From Copranaerobaculum intestinale (lineage in GTDB: Bacteria; Bacillota_I; Bacilli_A; Erysipelotrichales; Erysipelotrichaceae), in assembly GCF_009831105.1 (NCBI RefSeq), contig NZ_WUUQ01000004.1, positions 1 through 32,000 on the forward strand: DNA of 32,000 nucleotides. Reading direction: 5' to 3'. The notes beneath the pieces are model-generated. The model was not told where the DNA came from. It did not search any database and saw only the letters and a program-made list of their open reading frames with translations. Position numbers and translations under genes: made by a program. Positions 1-7,871 of the stretch are shown in pieces (the stretch's first letter is position 1; every line of letters begins with the position of its first letter).

Positions 1-233
1 CCTGTGTCTGCTCCGTTCTTAACGCTCACGAGCCTTGTAAGGCTCGTGGCTAAACGGAACAGCCCCAGTCAGAAACCTTATTTTCGGTCTGATAGTCCAT
101 GTTTATTCATGCTATCAAAGTGAAAATATATCTTTTCTATGCTTACTCAAGCGTGTGATTGACCCTAGCGTGCTTAATCACTCTATCTGATACGATAATA
201 ACGTCATTAGAATTACTTGTCAAGAAGTTTTTG

Positions 234-262
234 TTGACTTTTAGATACATATTAAGTATGAT
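234..262 (+). promoter_or_regulatory. sigma-A-like promoter of the XRE regulator gene
   Basis: TTGACT (234-239), 17-nt spacer, TATGAT (257-262), about 50 nt upstream of ATG 313. Confidence 0.5.
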
Positions 263-312
263 ATGCTTATAAACACCAAAAAAAGCAACGAAAGGAGCGG
301 TTATACTAAGTT

Positions 313-984
313 ATGGAGCATTATGAAAAGAAAATCAGTTTCTTAGGAGAGAACATACAGACCATAAGAAAACATAGAGGAATGAAACAGCAGGAACTTG
401 CGGATAAAATCGGTATCAATATGCAGAGCCTTTCCAAGATTGAACGAGGTGTGAATTATCCTACCTTTGATACGCTGGAAAAGATAATGGACGTGCTGGG
501 TGTAACGCCCAATGAATTATTGTCGGGAGAATGGAAGTATATCGACCACACCGAGCCATATATCATGGATATTATCAAACGGGAACAGGACTTCAATGTT
601 TCTTTAGATTATCTGTCTGAAAATGAATTTTTCGATAATGAAAACGAATACAGATTTTACATGGAAACCATATTGATTAGATACATCAGCAATTATCTTT
701 CTAATGAGGTTGTAGAAATTGAAGAACTTATGGAAATCAAACAGTTGATACAGCGTCAAAAAATAGAACGCATGATGAAAGTACATAAGGAAATGCGAGG
801 GTTAGACCGATACAGAGAACAGCCGAAAGAATACAAATATCACAACCCTTATGATGACTGGATATTCCGTCAACTTGCAGATATAGATAACAGAAAAAAT
901 ATTCCTAATACTTCTCCACAAGTAGACTTTAATGAGGGAGATTATGAAGATTATCTAAAGGCGAAATGGAACAGAGGTCTTTAA
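313..984 (+). CDS. XRE-family helix-turn-helix transcriptional regulator with a ~150-aa uncharacterised C-terminal region
   Basis: 223-aa ORF. Residues ~10-70 (LGENIQTIRKHRGMKQQELADKIGINMQSLSKIERGVNYPTFDTLEKIMDVLGVTPNELL) follow the classic Cro/C1-XRE HTH pattern. Promoter upstream and hairpin terminator downstream. Confidence 0.85.
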   Translation: MEHYEKKISFLGENIQTIRKHRGMKQQELADKIGINMQSLSKIERGVNYPTFDTLEKIMDVLGVTPNELLSGEWKYIDHTEPYIMDIIKREQDFNVSLDYLSENEFFDNENEYRFYMETILIRYISNYLSNEVVEIEELMEIKQLIQRQKIERMMKVHKEMRGLDRYREQPKEYKYHNPYDDWIFRQLADIDNRKNIPNTSPQVDFNEGDYEDYLKAKWNRGL

Positions 985-1014
985 TTTCCTCTTGCATGGA
1001 AGATACAGCAAACA

Positions 1015-1082
1015 AAAAGCCCAGTAAAGAGTGCAAAGCACCACCAATGGTGGCAAGGCTCTTGACAGGGCTTTTTCTTTTC
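1015..1082 (+). terminator. compound hairpin terminator after the XRE gene
   Basis: AAAAAGCCC ... GGGCTTTTTCTTTT outer stem enclosing an inner CCACCAATGGTGG hairpin, followed by a T-run. Confidence 0.55.
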
Positions 1083-1162
1083 TGTGGTGGGTAATCAAGA
1101 GGAAGAAAGAAAAAGTGTGTATGTTCAATGCAGAAAATATTTAAAGGGTATGTTGATTTTTA

Positions 1163-1191
1163 TTGTGGCAGATATATGGAACTGTTATAAT
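1163..1191 (+). promoter_or_regulatory. sigma-A-like promoter with extended -10 for the small membrane protein gene
   Basis: TTGTGG (1163-1168), 17-nt spacer, TGtTATAAT (TATAAT at 1186-1191), about 50 nt upstream of ATG 1241. Confidence 0.5.
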
Positions 1192-1240
1192 ATGGATATG
1201 AAGAAACGGACAGATTTGAATTTGCAAAGGAGGACTATGT

Positions 1241-1483
1241 ATGCGTATGTGGAAAGCAATCTTTAGCGTATTAACTATTATTTTTGGCTCTCTGGGACTA
1301 ATGAACATAGTGTCCACTGATATAACACTGCCGATTATGTTTGTATTTATGGGATTAACCTTTTTGACAAAGGCAAAGGAGTGTTATGATAAGGGTGCGA
1401 AGAAAGATGCTATGATATTTACGGGTATAGCAATTTTTATCTATGTAATCACAGCATATAATTTGATAAGCAGATTTATGTAA
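1241..1483 (+). CDS. small three-TM membrane protein, DUF3953-like
   Basis: 80-aa ORF with AAGGAGG RBS 7 nt upstream. It has three hydrophobic helices separated by a Lys-rich loop (TKAKECYDKGAKKD). Size and architecture recall the DUF3953 family (assigned from memory, not searched). Confidence 0.65.
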   Translation: MRMWKAIFSVLTIIFGSLGLMNIVSTDITLPIMFVFMGLTFLTKAKECYDKGAKKDAMIFTGIAIFIYVITAYNLISRFM

Positions 1484-1546
1484 ATTTCAGTTTGACAACT
1501 TCATATCTCTACATACAAAGCAGTTAGTCTTAGGATTGACTGCTTT

Positions 1547-1582
1547 TAAAAAGACACCATTTAGGTGTAATGGTGTCTTTTG
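1547..1582. terminator. bidirectional rho-independent terminator
   Basis: AAAA-AGACACCAT-(9-nt loop)-ATGGTGTCT-TTTT: a 9-bp perfect stem flanked by an A-run and a T-run. It lies between convergent genes 1241-1483 (+) and 1652-2440 (-). A weaker hairpin (AAGCAGTT/GACTGCTT) sits just upstream at 1518-1547. Confidence 0.7.
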
Positions 1583-1651
1583 GGTGTTATTATAATGGTC
1601 ATATCAAGGCTCATTCAATCGTGGTAAATTCGTGGTAAAATGAATGATTTT

Positions 1652-2440
1652 CTATACTGCAAAATACTTGAAAGTATAGTGTTTATGCGGATAATCAAAA
1701 ATTAGATATAAAATTTCTAATAAATAATGGCGGTTTTTTAATCCGGTAAGCTGGTCAACGTTAACCAGTTCAACCAATAGATCATTTTTCTTTTGAATTT
1801 CATCATACTGCTTTGAAATTGTATCATGATCACTAAATTCAATTGCAGTACTGCGATAGTAGCGAAAGGATATGTAATAAGCTAATACAGTTACCAAAAT
1901 GCTGTTTACTATATAAGCAAAGCTATTACTGTGATTTGGCGAAAAACAAATTGCCATAATAACCAGAATCAGCCAGCATCCGCCAAAAATAACAGCACTT
2001 TCAACAGGTGTCATAAGCAGCACTGCTGCGGTTGTGGGTATTAAGTAACAATATACAGAAAGCCCCTTTCCGCCGACCAATTCCATATAAGATACCCCGA
2101 GTACCCAGATACATAAAACTACAGTATAACCTCGCCGGAGCCAAAAAAATTGTTTTAATTCTTTCTTTTTTACCGTATACGGATATAAAACAAGAGCGAT
2201 ACAAGTCATAATAAATAAAAAAATATACAAACTGAAATAACCTAGAGATCGTGGAGATGCCGCAGATAATTTATTGCCGAAAAGAAATAATAGAATCATA
2301 ACGAATTGGCTGATGGCAACCAGAATAGCTACGTATTTTTCGGTCGTATATACTTTTGTTGGAATGTATGACTGAAAGCTTCTTTTCTGTTCTGGAGATA
2401 AACTGAAAAAAATATTTGCTTTCAAGTTTTTTTCATCCAT
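1652..2440 (-). CDS. membrane sensor domain plus truncated GGDEF (diguanylate cyclase) domain; probable gene remnant
   Basis: 262-aa ORF with AAGGGAGGG RBS. It has about 6 predicted TM helices, then VNVDQLTGLKNRHYLLEIL, the D-x-LTGL-x-NR motif that opens GGDEF domains. About 20 unrelated codons and a stop follow, and no GG(D/E)EF motif is present. Confidence 0.6.
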   Translation of the reverse strand: MDEKNLKANIFFSLSPEQKRSFQSYIPTKVYTTEKYVAILVAISQFVMILLFLFGNKLSAASPRSLGYFSLYIFLFIMTCIALVLYPYTVKKKELKQFFWLRRGYTVVLCIWVLGVSYMELVGGKGLSVYCYLIPTTAAVLLMTPVESAVIFGGCWLILVIMAICFSPNHSNSFAYIVNSILVTVLAYYISFRYYRSTAIEFSDHDTISKQYDEIQKKNDLLVELVNVDQLTGLKNRHYLLEILYLIFDYPHKHYTFKYFAV

Positions 2441-2769
2441 AAACAGCCCTCCCTTGTATTTCTTATCCTTACATATTCATCATTGATCATTTTCATTATA
2501 AAGGTTTTATGAAATAATTTATACTAGAAAAAACCGGTCAAGGGAATATTCGTAAAATATAACTGTCTATTTATATGTCATACCGGGAACAGCTTTACGA
2601 TAAAATTGAATTTGATCTAATATATTTTGCTATGCTTTATTTTGCTAGTAATGATTATTTATATAAATTTCATGAAACGGATATAATCATACAGCTGCGA
2701 TCAAGTAGATTTATAAAAGAATAACATGTGAAAGCGGGCTTTTTATAAGGGTGAAAAAGCAAGTGATTA

Positions 2770-2798
2770 TTGACTTATCGCCAATCCTTCTTTATGAT
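2770..2798 (+). promoter_or_regulatory. sigma-A-like promoter of the aminotransferase gene
   Basis: TTGACT (2770-2775), 17-nt spacer, TATGAT (2793-2798). It lies inside the long GTG-2751 ORF, which argues for the ATG-2826 start. Confidence 0.6.
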
Positions 2799-2825
2799 GA
2801 AACAAATAAAGAAAGAGGTGTTAGA

Positions 2826-4010
2826 ATGGGTTTGTTTGATCATGAGGTGATTGATTTTAAGATTTTAAAGGAACGTGCTTATAATCTTCGCTGGGCGGAA
2901 ATGGAGGACGGTGTGCTTCCGATGACTGCGGCGGATACGGATTTCCCATGCGCAAAAGAAATCGGTGAAGCATTGATTCGCTATATTCAGGGAGGTTATT
3001 TCTGTTATACACCAAAGACCGGATTTACATCACTGAAAGAAAGTATTGCCAAGGCGATGTGGAAACGTAAAAAGGAATCGGTTGACCCTGAATTGGTTTT
3101 ACCGATTGACAGTGCTGCCAGAGCGATGTATATCGCTGCCAAAACAGTATTGAAACCCGGTGATGAGTGTATTATTTTTGATCCGGTTGACTTTCTGTTT
3201 AAAAAATCGATGACCGCGGCTGGGGCGAAATGTATCTATTTCCCGGCAAACATCAAAGACGGTCATATCGACCTCAGTACCTTAAAGGACTATGTTACTC
3301 CAAGAACAAAAATGCTTGGCTTATGCAATCCCCACAACCCGCTTGGTCAGCTGTATACACTTGAGGATCTTCAGCTGATTCAGGATTTGTGCTTTAAGCA
3401 TGATATGTATATTATGAATGATGAAATTTGGTCGGATATTGTATATCCGCCGAATACCTTTCACAGTATTCTGCATCTTGATCCCACTAAAAATAACAAG
3501 GTGATGACGATTTATGGCTTTTCAAAGGCATTTGGGGTGGCGGGTCTGCGGGCCGGCTGTATTTATGCGCAGGATGCAGAACTCTTTGAGAAAATTGTGG
3601 AAGCCAGCGAAGTGCTGACAACTGCCGGTGGTATTTCCTCTTTATCACAGGTAGCAGCCCAGACCTGTCTGGATGAGTGCTTTTATTGGGTGGACGGTTT
3701 TGTTGAACAGCTTACCAAAAATCGCGATTATGCAGTAAACCGTATTAATGCGATAGAGAAGCTGAGCGTGGTGAAGCCCGATGCGACGTTTGTATTGTTT
3801 ATCAACATTAAGGAAACCGGTATGGACAGCGAGAGCTTTGTTGAATTTATGAAGAAGGAAGCAAAGCTGGCCCTAGTACCGGGATCAGATGCATTTTTCG
3901 GCCCCAATTCTGCCGGATATGTAAGATTGTGTTTCTCGACCAGCGATGTTGTGCTGAAGGAGGGACTTGATCGTCTTGAAAAGGGCATGGAAATCTTGTC
4001 AAAGAAATAA
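2826..4010 (+). CDS. class I/II PLP-dependent aminotransferase, MalY/PatB-like (putative C-S lyase)
   Basis: 394 aa from ATG 2826 (AAGAGGTG RBS 5 nt upstream; the track ORF starts at GTG 2751). Motifs LCNPHNPLG, MNDEIWSD and the PLP-lysine context YGFSKAFGVAGLRAG, plus the N-terminal R-W...LPM-AD-DF pattern typical of PatB/MalY. Confidence 0.85.
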   Translation: MGLFDHEVIDFKILKERAYNLRWAEMEDGVLPMTAADTDFPCAKEIGEALIRYIQGGYFCYTPKTGFTSLKESIAKAMWKRKKESVDPELVLPIDSAARAMYIAAKTVLKPGDECIIFDPVDFLFKKSMTAAGAKCIYFPANIKDGHIDLSTLKDYVTPRTKMLGLCNPHNPLGQLYTLEDLQLIQDLCFKHDMYIMNDEIWSDIVYPPNTFHSILHLDPTKNNKVMTIYGFSKAFGVAGLRAGCIYAQDAELFEKIVEASEVLTTAGGISSLSQVAAQTCLDECFYWVDGFVEQLTKNRDYAVNRINAIEKLSVVKPDATFVLFINIKETGMDSESFVEFMKKEAKLALVPGSDAFFGPNSAGYVRLCFSTSDVVLKEGLDRLEKGMEILSKK

Positions 4011-4013
4011 TGG

Positions 4014-4048
4014 AAAAGGGCGGCTGTCGGTACAGTCGCTTTTTCTTT
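4014..4048 (+). terminator. rho-independent terminator after the aminotransferase gene
   Basis: GCGGCTG-(TCGGTA)-CAGTCGC stem (7 bp including one G-U) followed by TTTTTCTTT. Confidence 0.7.
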
Positions 4049-4108
4049 GAGCATATGACATGAAATTTACATGGAAGTACTATATGATATGCGTGATGAG
4101 GTGATAAT

Positions 4109-4567
4109 GTGCATGATTTTGATGCTTTTGTGAAATTGGTCTGTGAGGATAATGAGGTTCATGAAGAAACTGGCTGCTGTTCAGGCTGCTGTGATTCTAT
4201 GAATTATTCAGAACTTTATAACTGGCCGATCAAGCTGACTCAAATACCGGTAGATGATCATCATTTTGATGATTGTGACCTCTTATTGGCGGCTGACTGC
4301 ACGGCCTTTGCCTATGCTCAGTTCCATGAGCGATTCATCAAAGATAAGGTTGCTCTGATTTTCTGCCCGCATGATGCGATGTCTCTGCATGCACGGCTAA
4401 AGGATATTTTAAGTCTACATACCATCAAAACAATGATGCTGGTGATTATGGACAAAGAATGCTGTGAAAACGCCGTACCGTTTGTGGCAAAGAGTTTAAA
4501 AGAAAGCAAACGGGCAATTCCATTTGAAATTATTCGTATTAATAAAGATGGGGAAATAGTGCAGTAA
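4109..4567 (+). CDS. small cysteine-rich hypothetical protein (CCSGCC motif)
   Basis: 152-aa ORF with GTG start and GAGGTGA RBS. N-terminal GCCSGCCD cluster. The WPIKLTQIPV...CDLLLAADCTAFAY..F...F block resembles, from memory, the C-terminal part of some clostridial Fe-S-binding proteins. No ferredoxin CxxCxxCxxxCP motif is present. Confidence 0.5.
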   Translation: MHDFDAFVKLVCEDNEVHEETGCCSGCCDSMNYSELYNWPIKLTQIPVDDHHFDDCDLLLAADCTAFAYAQFHERFIKDKVALIFCPHDAMSLHARLKDILSLHTIKTMMLVIMDKECCENAVPFVAKSLKESKRAIPFEIIRINKDGEIVQ

Positions 4568-4585
4568 TGTTCCACAATACTAATG

Positions 4586-4617
4586 GAGTATCTCATATTT
4601 TTGAGATACTCTTTTTG
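4586..4617 (+). terminator. rho-independent terminator
   Basis: GAGTATCTC-(8-nt loop)-GAGATACTC: a perfect 9-bp stem followed by TTTTT. Confidence 0.8.
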
Positions 4618-4814
4618 TTATTGAGAATGCATGCTTCGATTTACGATTGTATTGATTACATTTAGATTCCTCACCATATGTTTTGTAATCTTAACGATCG
4701 TGCTCGATCTATTGGCTTTAGCGCTTCTGCAGATGTTTATCCTCAGGTAAATCATATCCTGAATGGTTTTCGAAAGTCTTTTTTGAAAACACCATATCCG
4801 AAATACCTATTTTT

Positions 4815-4843
4815 TTGACAATCCTAATAAGGAAAGGAATATT
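4815..4843 (+). promoter_or_regulatory. candidate sigma-A promoter of the mannose-family PTS operon
   Basis: TTGACA (4815-4820), 17-nt spacer, AATATT (4838-4843). The -10 is weak. Confidence 0.35.
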
Positions 4844-4959
4844 ATGGAAAACGTGTATTGTGGCTGTCTTATTTCACCAGTGATAGTGAAAAAACAGCCA
4901 TTTTACTTTTTTGGAAATCTTTTATAATAAAATTAAGGAAATGAAAGAAGGGGATATAT

Positions 4960-5442
4960 ATGATTGTTTTGGTACGTGTAGATGACCGTTTACTACATGG
5001 GCAGATGGCTATATCATGGACCAAGCATCTGCAGGCAGATACCATTTTAATTGCCAATCAGGCAGCGGTGAATGATGAATTTACAATGATGTCATTGCGT
5101 TTAGCCAAACCGCGCGGCGTTCAGATCATCATTCAGGATCTGTCACAGGCATTTTTATATTTAAAAGAAGCCGCAGATAGTGACTCACGGATCATGGTAG
5201 TCATTAAGAATCTGCGTGATGCTCAATGTATCCTCGAACAATTTCCGATGATTACCGAATTGAATATCGGAGGTCTTCGATCCCGCAGTCATGTACTGCG
5301 CATTCAGGATTCGGTTGCGCTCAATGCGGCAGATATTGAGCTATGCCGTAAAATCGGAGAGCGGGCTTGTGTCTATGTACAGGAAATTCCCAGTGAGAAG
5401 CGAAAGCCGATTCAGGATTTCATTAAGGATATTGATGTATGA
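4960..5442 (+). CDS. PTS mannose/fructose/sorbose-family EIIB component (copy 1)
   Basis: 160 aa. The N-terminal IVLVRVDDRLLHGQ motif, with the phosphorylatable His, is diagnostic of EIIB-Man. Confidence 0.9.
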   Translation: MIVLVRVDDRLLHGQMAISWTKHLQADTILIANQAAVNDEFTMMSLRLAKPRGVQIIIQDLSQAFLYLKEAADSDSRIMVVIKNLRDAQCILEQFPMITELNIGGLRSRSHVLRIQDSVALNAADIELCRKIGERACVYVQEIPSEKRKPIQDFIKDIDV

Positions 5443-5819
5443 AGCGATTAATTTTGATCACACATGATACATTGGCGGATGCCTATCTGGAAACGCTGCA
5501 TAATTTTCTTGCGGATACTTCCTTTATTCGCTGTATTGGTGTGGATGCAAGAGCAAGTCTGGAAGCAGTGCAGAAAAAGCTGCTGGAAGAATGGAATGAA
5601 AATGATACCTTTTTGGTGCTGAGTGAGCTATCGATTGCCAGCAGTACCAAGGTGGCTGTCAATGCCGCGAAAGGAAGACCGAATATGTATGTCATCAGCG
5701 GATTAAATATGCTGATGCTGATTCAATTTGCGCTGCAGCCGCTGGAGGCGGACATGGAAGCGTATATTAAACGGATAACTGCTGATGCGCAGGCAGATAT
5801 CAGATATTGGAAACAGTAG
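5439..5819 (+). CDS. PTS mannose-family EIIA-like component (copy 1, divergent)
   Basis: 126 aa. ATGA start/stop overlap with the preceding EIIB gene. N-terminal LILITHDTLADAYL keeps the His at the EIIA-Man position, but the D-x-x-GGSP loop is degenerate (SELSIASST). Confidence 0.7.
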   Translation: MKRLILITHDTLADAYLETLHNFLADTSFIRCIGVDARASLEAVQKKLLEEWNENDTFLVLSELSIASSTKVAVNAAKGRPNMYVISGLNMLMLIQFALQPLEADMEAYIKRITADAQADIRYWKQ

Positions 5820-5835
5820 AAAGGAGAACAGGATT

Positions 5836-6309
5836 ATGGATCAGCCGAATATTCTGTTGGGGAGAATAGACAACCGCCTTGTGCACGGGCAGGTTGGAGT
5901 CTCCTGGACAAATTATCTGGGAGCCAATTTAATCGTCGTGGCTGATGATGAAGTGGCACATGAAGAGGTGCAGCAGGAATTGATGGAACTCACGGCAGTG
6001 ACATCAGGAGCTGAAATCCGCTTTTTTACCGTACAGGAAACCATCGACATCATCTGGAATGCATCCGATGATCAGCGGATCTTTATTGTGACCAGAACAC
6101 CGTTTGAAATGCTGAAGCTGATTGAAGGCAATGTTCCGATCAAAAAAGTGAATATCGGTAACATGCACTTTGAAGAGGGAAAGCATCAAATCAGTTTAAA
6201 AGTCTTTGTTGATGATGAAGATCTGAAGAATCTTCATGCAATGCAAGACAAGGGAATTGAAGTATTTATACAGGAAATACCAGGAAAAATGGCAGAACAA
6301 TTTAAATAA
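5836..6309 (+). CDS. PTS mannose-family EIIB component (copy 2)
   Basis: 157 aa from ATG 5836 (AAGGAGAA RBS; the track ORF starts further upstream). ILLGRIDNRLVHGQV motif. Confidence 0.9.
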   Translation: MDQPNILLGRIDNRLVHGQVGVSWTNYLGANLIVVADDEVAHEEVQQELMELTAVTSGAEIRFFTVQETIDIIWNASDDQRIFIVTRTPFEMLKLIEGNVPIKKVNIGNMHFEEGKHQISLKVFVDDEDLKNLHAMQDKGIEVFIQEIPGKMAEQFK

Positions 6310-6318
6310 GGAGGCATT

Positions 6319-7086
6319 ATGCAAATTACATTACTACAGGGGATTCTGCTTGCCAGTATGGCATTTATTGTCGGTCTTGATGATTTGATGGAAGCGTTTT
6401 TTCTCTTCCGTCCGATCATGGTTGCGACCTTCAGCGGAATTATCTTAAATGATTTGGAAACCGGCGTCATTGCCGGAGGCTTAGTAGAACTGGCGTTTGC
6501 CGGTTTGACGCCAGCCGGCGGAGCATCGGTACCAAACGGTACGATTGCCGGCATCATGACTACGTATCTGGCAATTACGCAGGGAATAAAACCAAGTGAA
6601 GCATTCCCGCTGGCATTACCATTCTGCTTCTTGATGCAGTATTTAGGAACATTAAAAGGTACGATCTTTGCATTTTTCATGAAACCTGCTGACAATATGG
6701 CAGAAAAAGGCGATGCCAAAGGCCTGGTTCGCTTGCATGTCTTAACGCTGATCATTACCGGCTTATGCTTTGCAGTTGTTACTTTCCTTTGTACCTATGC
6801 GGCTCAGGATTTGATTACATCCATTGTCAATTCCTTCCCGGAACGTCTGATGAATGGACTCAGTGTTGCCGGCGGATTACTGCCTGCAGTTGGTTTCTGT
6901 ATGCTGCTGGCGGTTCTGCTGAAACGCGAATTCATGGCATATTTGATCATCGGATTTGTATGCGCCTGCTTCATTTCATTTGGCAATATCCTTCCGGTTG
7001 CCCTGATCGGCGGTGCCCTGGCATTGCTTGATTATCACAATACCGGTAAAGAAAAAGCGTCAGGAGGTGTAAAACGTGGAATCTAA
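6319..7086 (+). CDS. PTS mannose-family EIIC component
   Basis: 255-aa polytopic membrane protein in the canonical position after EIIB. Gly/Ala-rich helices typical of ManY/AgaC-type EIIC. Confidence 0.88.
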   Translation: MQITLLQGILLASMAFIVGLDDLMEAFFLFRPIMVATFSGIILNDLETGVIAGGLVELAFAGLTPAGGASVPNGTIAGIMTTYLAITQGIKPSEAFPLALPFCFLMQYLGTLKGTIFAFFMKPADNMAEKGDAKGLVRLHVLTLIITGLCFAVVTFLCTYAAQDLITSIVNSFPERLMNGLSVAGGLLPAVGFCMLLAVLLKREFMAYLIIGFVCACFISFGNILPVALIGGALALLDYHNTGKEKASGGVKRGI

Positions 7087-7870
7087 TAAATTAACGAAAA
7101 AAGATATAACCAAGATGGCGGCACGTTCTGTGCTCCTGCAGGCTTCCTTTAACTATGAGCGTATGCAGGGTGCAGGCTGGGCAGCATCCATTGCTCCTAC
7201 CTTGGCGAAAACTTACGGTGATGACAAAGAAAATCTCGGTCTGGCTTTAAAGGATCATACTAAATTTATCAATACCCACCCAACGCTGGCTCCTTTCTTA
7301 ATGGGGATCATCGTTGCGATGGAAGAGGCAAGAGAGCCGCGTGATCTGATCAACGGTTTAAAGAACTCCATGTTTGCTCCGATCGCCGGTATCGGTGATG
7401 CGGTCTTCTGGTTTACCGTTCTGCCGATTACCGCCGGAATCAGTGCATCCATTGCCCAGCAGGGAAATGTGCTGGGACCAGTAATCTTCTTCGCTGTCTT
7501 CTTTGCGTTCTTCCTTTGTCGTTTCCTGCTTGCTCATATGGGTTATCGTTTGGGAACGAAGGCAGTATCCTCTTTGAAATCACAGACGGCTCGTGTGTCC
7601 CGTGCCGCGACGATTTTGGGTACAACCGTTATCGGCGGTTTGGTGGCATCATTTGTATCGCTGTCCCTGACCCCGGAAATCGTATTGAACAGCGCGAATA
7701 AAATTTCTTTGCAGAAGGATTTAATCGACAATATTTTTCCAAACTTACTGCCGGCGTTATTCACCATGCTGATTTATTACCTGTATAAGAAGAAAGGCAT
7801 TAAACCGACGGTTCTGATTGCCGGCATCATTGTTTTGGCAGTCGTTCTCTCTTATCTGAATATTGTCTGA
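7076..7870 (+). CDS. PTS mannose-family EIID component
   Basis: 264 aa with GTG start preceded by GGAGGTG. The N-terminal block RS.LLQASFNYERMQG.GWA is the hallmark of ManZ/AgaD EIID. Confidence 0.9.
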   Translation: MESNKLTKKDITKMAARSVLLQASFNYERMQGAGWAASIAPTLAKTYGDDKENLGLALKDHTKFINTHPTLAPFLMGIIVAMEEAREPRDLINGLKNSMFAPIAGIGDAVFWFTVLPITAGISASIAQQGNVLGPVIFFAVFFAFFLCRFLLAHMGYRLGTKAVSSLKSQTARVSRAATILGTTVIGGLVASFVSLSLTPEIVLNSANKISLQKDLIDNIFPNLLPALFTMLIYYLYKKKGIKPTVLIAGIIVLAVVLSYLNIV

Positions 7871-7871
7871 C

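Noticed and set aside
1-123. Possible protein-coding frame running off the left edge (plus frame 1 is open to 123; one minus frame is open to the edge)
   Set aside because: The translations have no family resemblance. The region forms a strong bipartite hairpin, and the minus frame has no plausible start. I treated it as non-coding.
1084-1266. 60-aa ORF overlapping the promoter and start of the small membrane protein gene
   Set aside because: It has a GTG start without an RBS. It spans the predicted promoter and RBS of the downstream gene and has no recognisable features.
2751-2825. N-terminal extensions offered by the ORF track (GTG 2751 for the aminotransferase; also 12351-12542 for MscS, 26697 for licT, 27596 for EIICB, 5785 for EIIB-2, 30540 for EIIA-Glc)
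   Set aside because: In each case an internal ATG is preceded by a good Shine-Dalgarno at 5-8 nt and gives an N-terminus matching the family. For 2751 a consensus promoter lies inside the extension.
4740-4860. Possible cre (CcpA) sites near the PTS promoters (e.g. TGGTTTTCGAAAGTC at ~4763, GGAAAACGTGTATT at ~4847)
   Set aside because: The spacing between the TG and the central CG is off by one, and the distal half does not match WTGNAANCGNWNNCW. No convincing cre was found at the licT operon promoter either.
4861-4876. Sigma-54-like -24/-12 element TGGCTG-N5-TTTCA upstream of the mannose-family PTS operon
   Set aside because: The -12 element lacks the invariant GC (TTTC instead of TTGC). 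The linked regulator is an MtlR/ManR-type PRD activator with no sigma-54-interacting AAA+ domain. A plausible sigma-A promoter lies just upstream.
6234-6755. 173-aa minus-strand ORF overlapping the EIIC gene
   Set aside because: It is antisense to a well-supported PTS EIIC gene and its composition is the mirror of the hydrophobic codons. No RBS or family resemblance.
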